The notes beneath the pieces were generated by a model. The model ran no database searches. It was not told where the DNA came from and was given only the letters and a program-made list of their open reading frames with translations. The translations under genes and the position numbers were made by a program. A stretch of DNA of 64,000 nucleotides from Camelus ferus (lineage: Eukaryota), in contig NC_045697.1 of the NCBI RefSeq assembly GCF_009834535.1, positions 9,674,001 through 9,738,000 of the forward strand. Direction: 5' to 3'. Positions 61,807 through 64,000 of the stretch are shown here, piece after piece. Position 1 is the first letter of the stretch. Each line of letters starts with the position of its first letter.

Positions 61807-62030
61807 CCAGGAGTTGGCCAGCTACAGCCCAGAGGCACAGTCTCGCCTGCTTCCTGTGTATAAACCAGGGTTCATTGGAACAGAGCCATATCCCTTTGTT
61901 TACTCTTGTCTGTAGCTGCTTTCAGAGGACAACAGCAGAGTCAGGTTGTTGCAAGAGACCTTTTCTAGACTGAAGTCTAAAAAATTTATCATCATCTGGC
62001 TTTTTGCTGAAAAAGTTTGCCAACTGTTGC
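61807..62030 (+). mobile_element. MER58A-like hAT-Charlie MITE
   Basis: caggagttggcc...attggaacagagcca...tagctgctttc...acaacagcagagt...atctggctttttgctgaaaaagtttgccaac. Confidence 0.8.
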
Positions 62031-62039
62031 TCCAGAGAG

Positions 62040-62284
62040 TCGTGAAATTTGGAATCATCTCAGGCAAACTCGTCTTCTTTGGTCCCCATGTCCAATCAGT
62101 CACCATATTTCATGGGAGTCTATCTTCAAAATCTCTCCTGAGTCTCTGCTTCTCTCTCCATCTCACAGCCACCACACCATCCAAGCCACCATCATGACTA
62201 CCTCAGTCTCCTCCAAGAGCTCCTGGAGGCCACTTTTTCTCTCCTTTCCTGCCCACCCCACCAGACACACACACATGCACACGT

Positions 62285-62328
<44 letters not shown>

Positions 62329-62895
62329 CTTCAAATAGCAGGCTGAGTAAGTGTTTTCAAGTGCAATTCATGCCAACTCCCTGCTTAGAACTGCTCAGAT
62401 GATTCCCATTCCTCTTAGGATAGAAGATCACAATCCTGACAGAGACCCTGCGAAATCCAGCACCTCCTCCTCACCACCTATGAATTGAGAGACACTCCCC
62501 TAATGCTGTTCTTGGGTCACACCAGCCTTCTTTCTGCTTATTTATTGAAGAGAGGCCTGCTTCTTCTTGCCTTAAGGTCTACACATAGGAGGATTTCTGG
62601 TCTAGGAACAGACCTCTCCCTACATTCTCCATCCTCTTCGCCTGGATAACACCTACTCATCCTACAGGCCACAGCATCACTGTCACTTGCTCATGTACAG
62701 CTTCCTGATCCTCAGCCCCATCCCCACTGCAGACCATGTCAGAATCCCCTGATTTACACTTAATGTTGTGCCTATTATTGCCTATTCAATATTTTCCCCC
62801 AAGAAGGCAAGCTCTCAGGGATGGGATAAAAGGTAAAATCATGCCCATGGCCACCTCTACCTCCAGGACATGGCACACAGCCCTGCATATGGCAG
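62040..62895 (+). mobile_element. L2 LINE 3' region with an embedded (CA)n tract (about 62265-62322)
   Basis: ggaatcatctc...tccaatcagtcacca...gccaccatca...ctccctgcttagaac...cctactcatcct...tggcacacag. Confidence 0.75.
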
Positions 62896-63120
62896 GATGG
62901 TGTCATGGTGAAGAGTGGACATCACTGCTAGACTTCCTGGACTGAAGTCTCCACTGCTCACCAGCTGTGTGATCAAACCATTTAACCTCTTTGTGTCTTA
63001 ATCTCTCCATGTGTAAAATGGGAGTGCTATAGTATAGTAGTGTATCACAGAGTGCTGTAAGCATGAGGTTTATTTAATATATGAAAAACACTTAGGACAG
63101 CATCAGGTAAAGGTTAAACA
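62895..63120 (+). mobile_element. MIR SINE
   Basis: ctcaccagctgtgtga...catttaacctctttgtgtctt...gtaaaatggg...gaaaaacacttaggacag. Confidence 0.75.
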
Positions 63121-64000
63121 CGACCCAAGGACCTGAGTGTTTTCCATTCTGACTAGAGGAGGCTCTCAATAAAAATGGAATGGAGGAACGATTCATTTCT
63201 CCCAGGGAGCAAGTTTTTGGAGATTGCTATTTAATCTGAAGTTCATATCCATGCTACAATAACACTAGATACTTGACTTTGCCAAACACCATCTGTATCA
63301 TGCCCCGTACTTGCTTTTGCACATGCTGTTCTCTCATCATCCCCAGTATCTCTAGTGAATTCTATTCGTTGATGACAATACTTTGCAAGCGCTACCTTCA
63401 CCCTGAAGCCAGTTGTTCCTCCTGCTCCCAGAACAACCAAGACAAACTATCCTCCTTTTCCTCTGTGCTCTAATGAGACAGACAGATGATAGATAGATAG
63501 ATAGGATGATGTATTCCTCTGCTTCATTTTATATGTATATATAGTGATTCTGTAATGCTTTAAGTCAATTTTTCTGCACAGGGACCAAGGTGAACAAAAT
63601 TGTTACCACCTCAATATTCTCCGAACACAGTGTTTACACCTTTGCTATAACACTCAAGCTATTTTCTTTCCGTGTTTGTAGTAATCTACTTGTATCTTTT
63701 CCAGGAAATTTTAACCTGCGAAAGGGCAGAGACCACATCTTACCTTGGAATGGCCTCTTCTATGGATGCAGAAGGTGTTTCAAAAATGCTTAGTATTTTG
63801 TTACTGGTGATTGAATTCATTTCTGTCATCAGCACCTACGGAGACATAGTAGGCTTTTGAGCAAATGTTTGTGGAATTGTACCAAAACAAAAAGGTACCT
63901 TTGGCATTGGCCTCTTACTTTCTGAAATTAAACTTCAAAGACTAGCAGCAATGCAACCCAGTGCAAGACAGACAGCGGTTTTCCATTTACTGAGCCGAGA

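Noticed and set aside
63828..63848. REST-like TCAGCACCTACGGAGAC
   Set aside because: Non-canonical spacing, and it is explained by a degenerate L2 3' end.
1..64000. A novel multi-gene system, CRISPR array or prokaryote-style operon
   Set aside because: The DNA is mammalian and repeat-dominated. I saw no regularly spaced repeat-spacer array and no gene-like ORF cluster.

Overview
Mammalian, repeat-rich, non-coding genomic DNA (intergenic or deep intronic). I recognise no protein-coding gene. The only ORFs with recognisable protein homology are broken LINE-1 ORF2 fragments. Much of the window is ancient eutherian repeats: MIR, L2, L3/CR1, old L1M subfamilies, MaLR/ERVL/ERV1 solo LTRs, and hAT and Tigger DNA-transposon MITEs. 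There are also a few younger cetartiodactyl-type L1 3' fragments and one tRNA-Ala-derived SINE resembling the camelid Vic-1 family, so a camelid source is likely (inference). Repeat family names come from my recall of consensus sequences, not a database search; subfamily calls and boundaries are approximate. The most interesting signals are repeat-free, motif-dense islands that look like enhancers or promoters (25.3-26.8 kb, 29.4-29.8 kb), two well-formed non-coding candidate exons on the + strand, a perfect 14-bp hairpin and a SINE lacking its T-arm/B-box. I found no convincing evidence of a novel multi-gene system.
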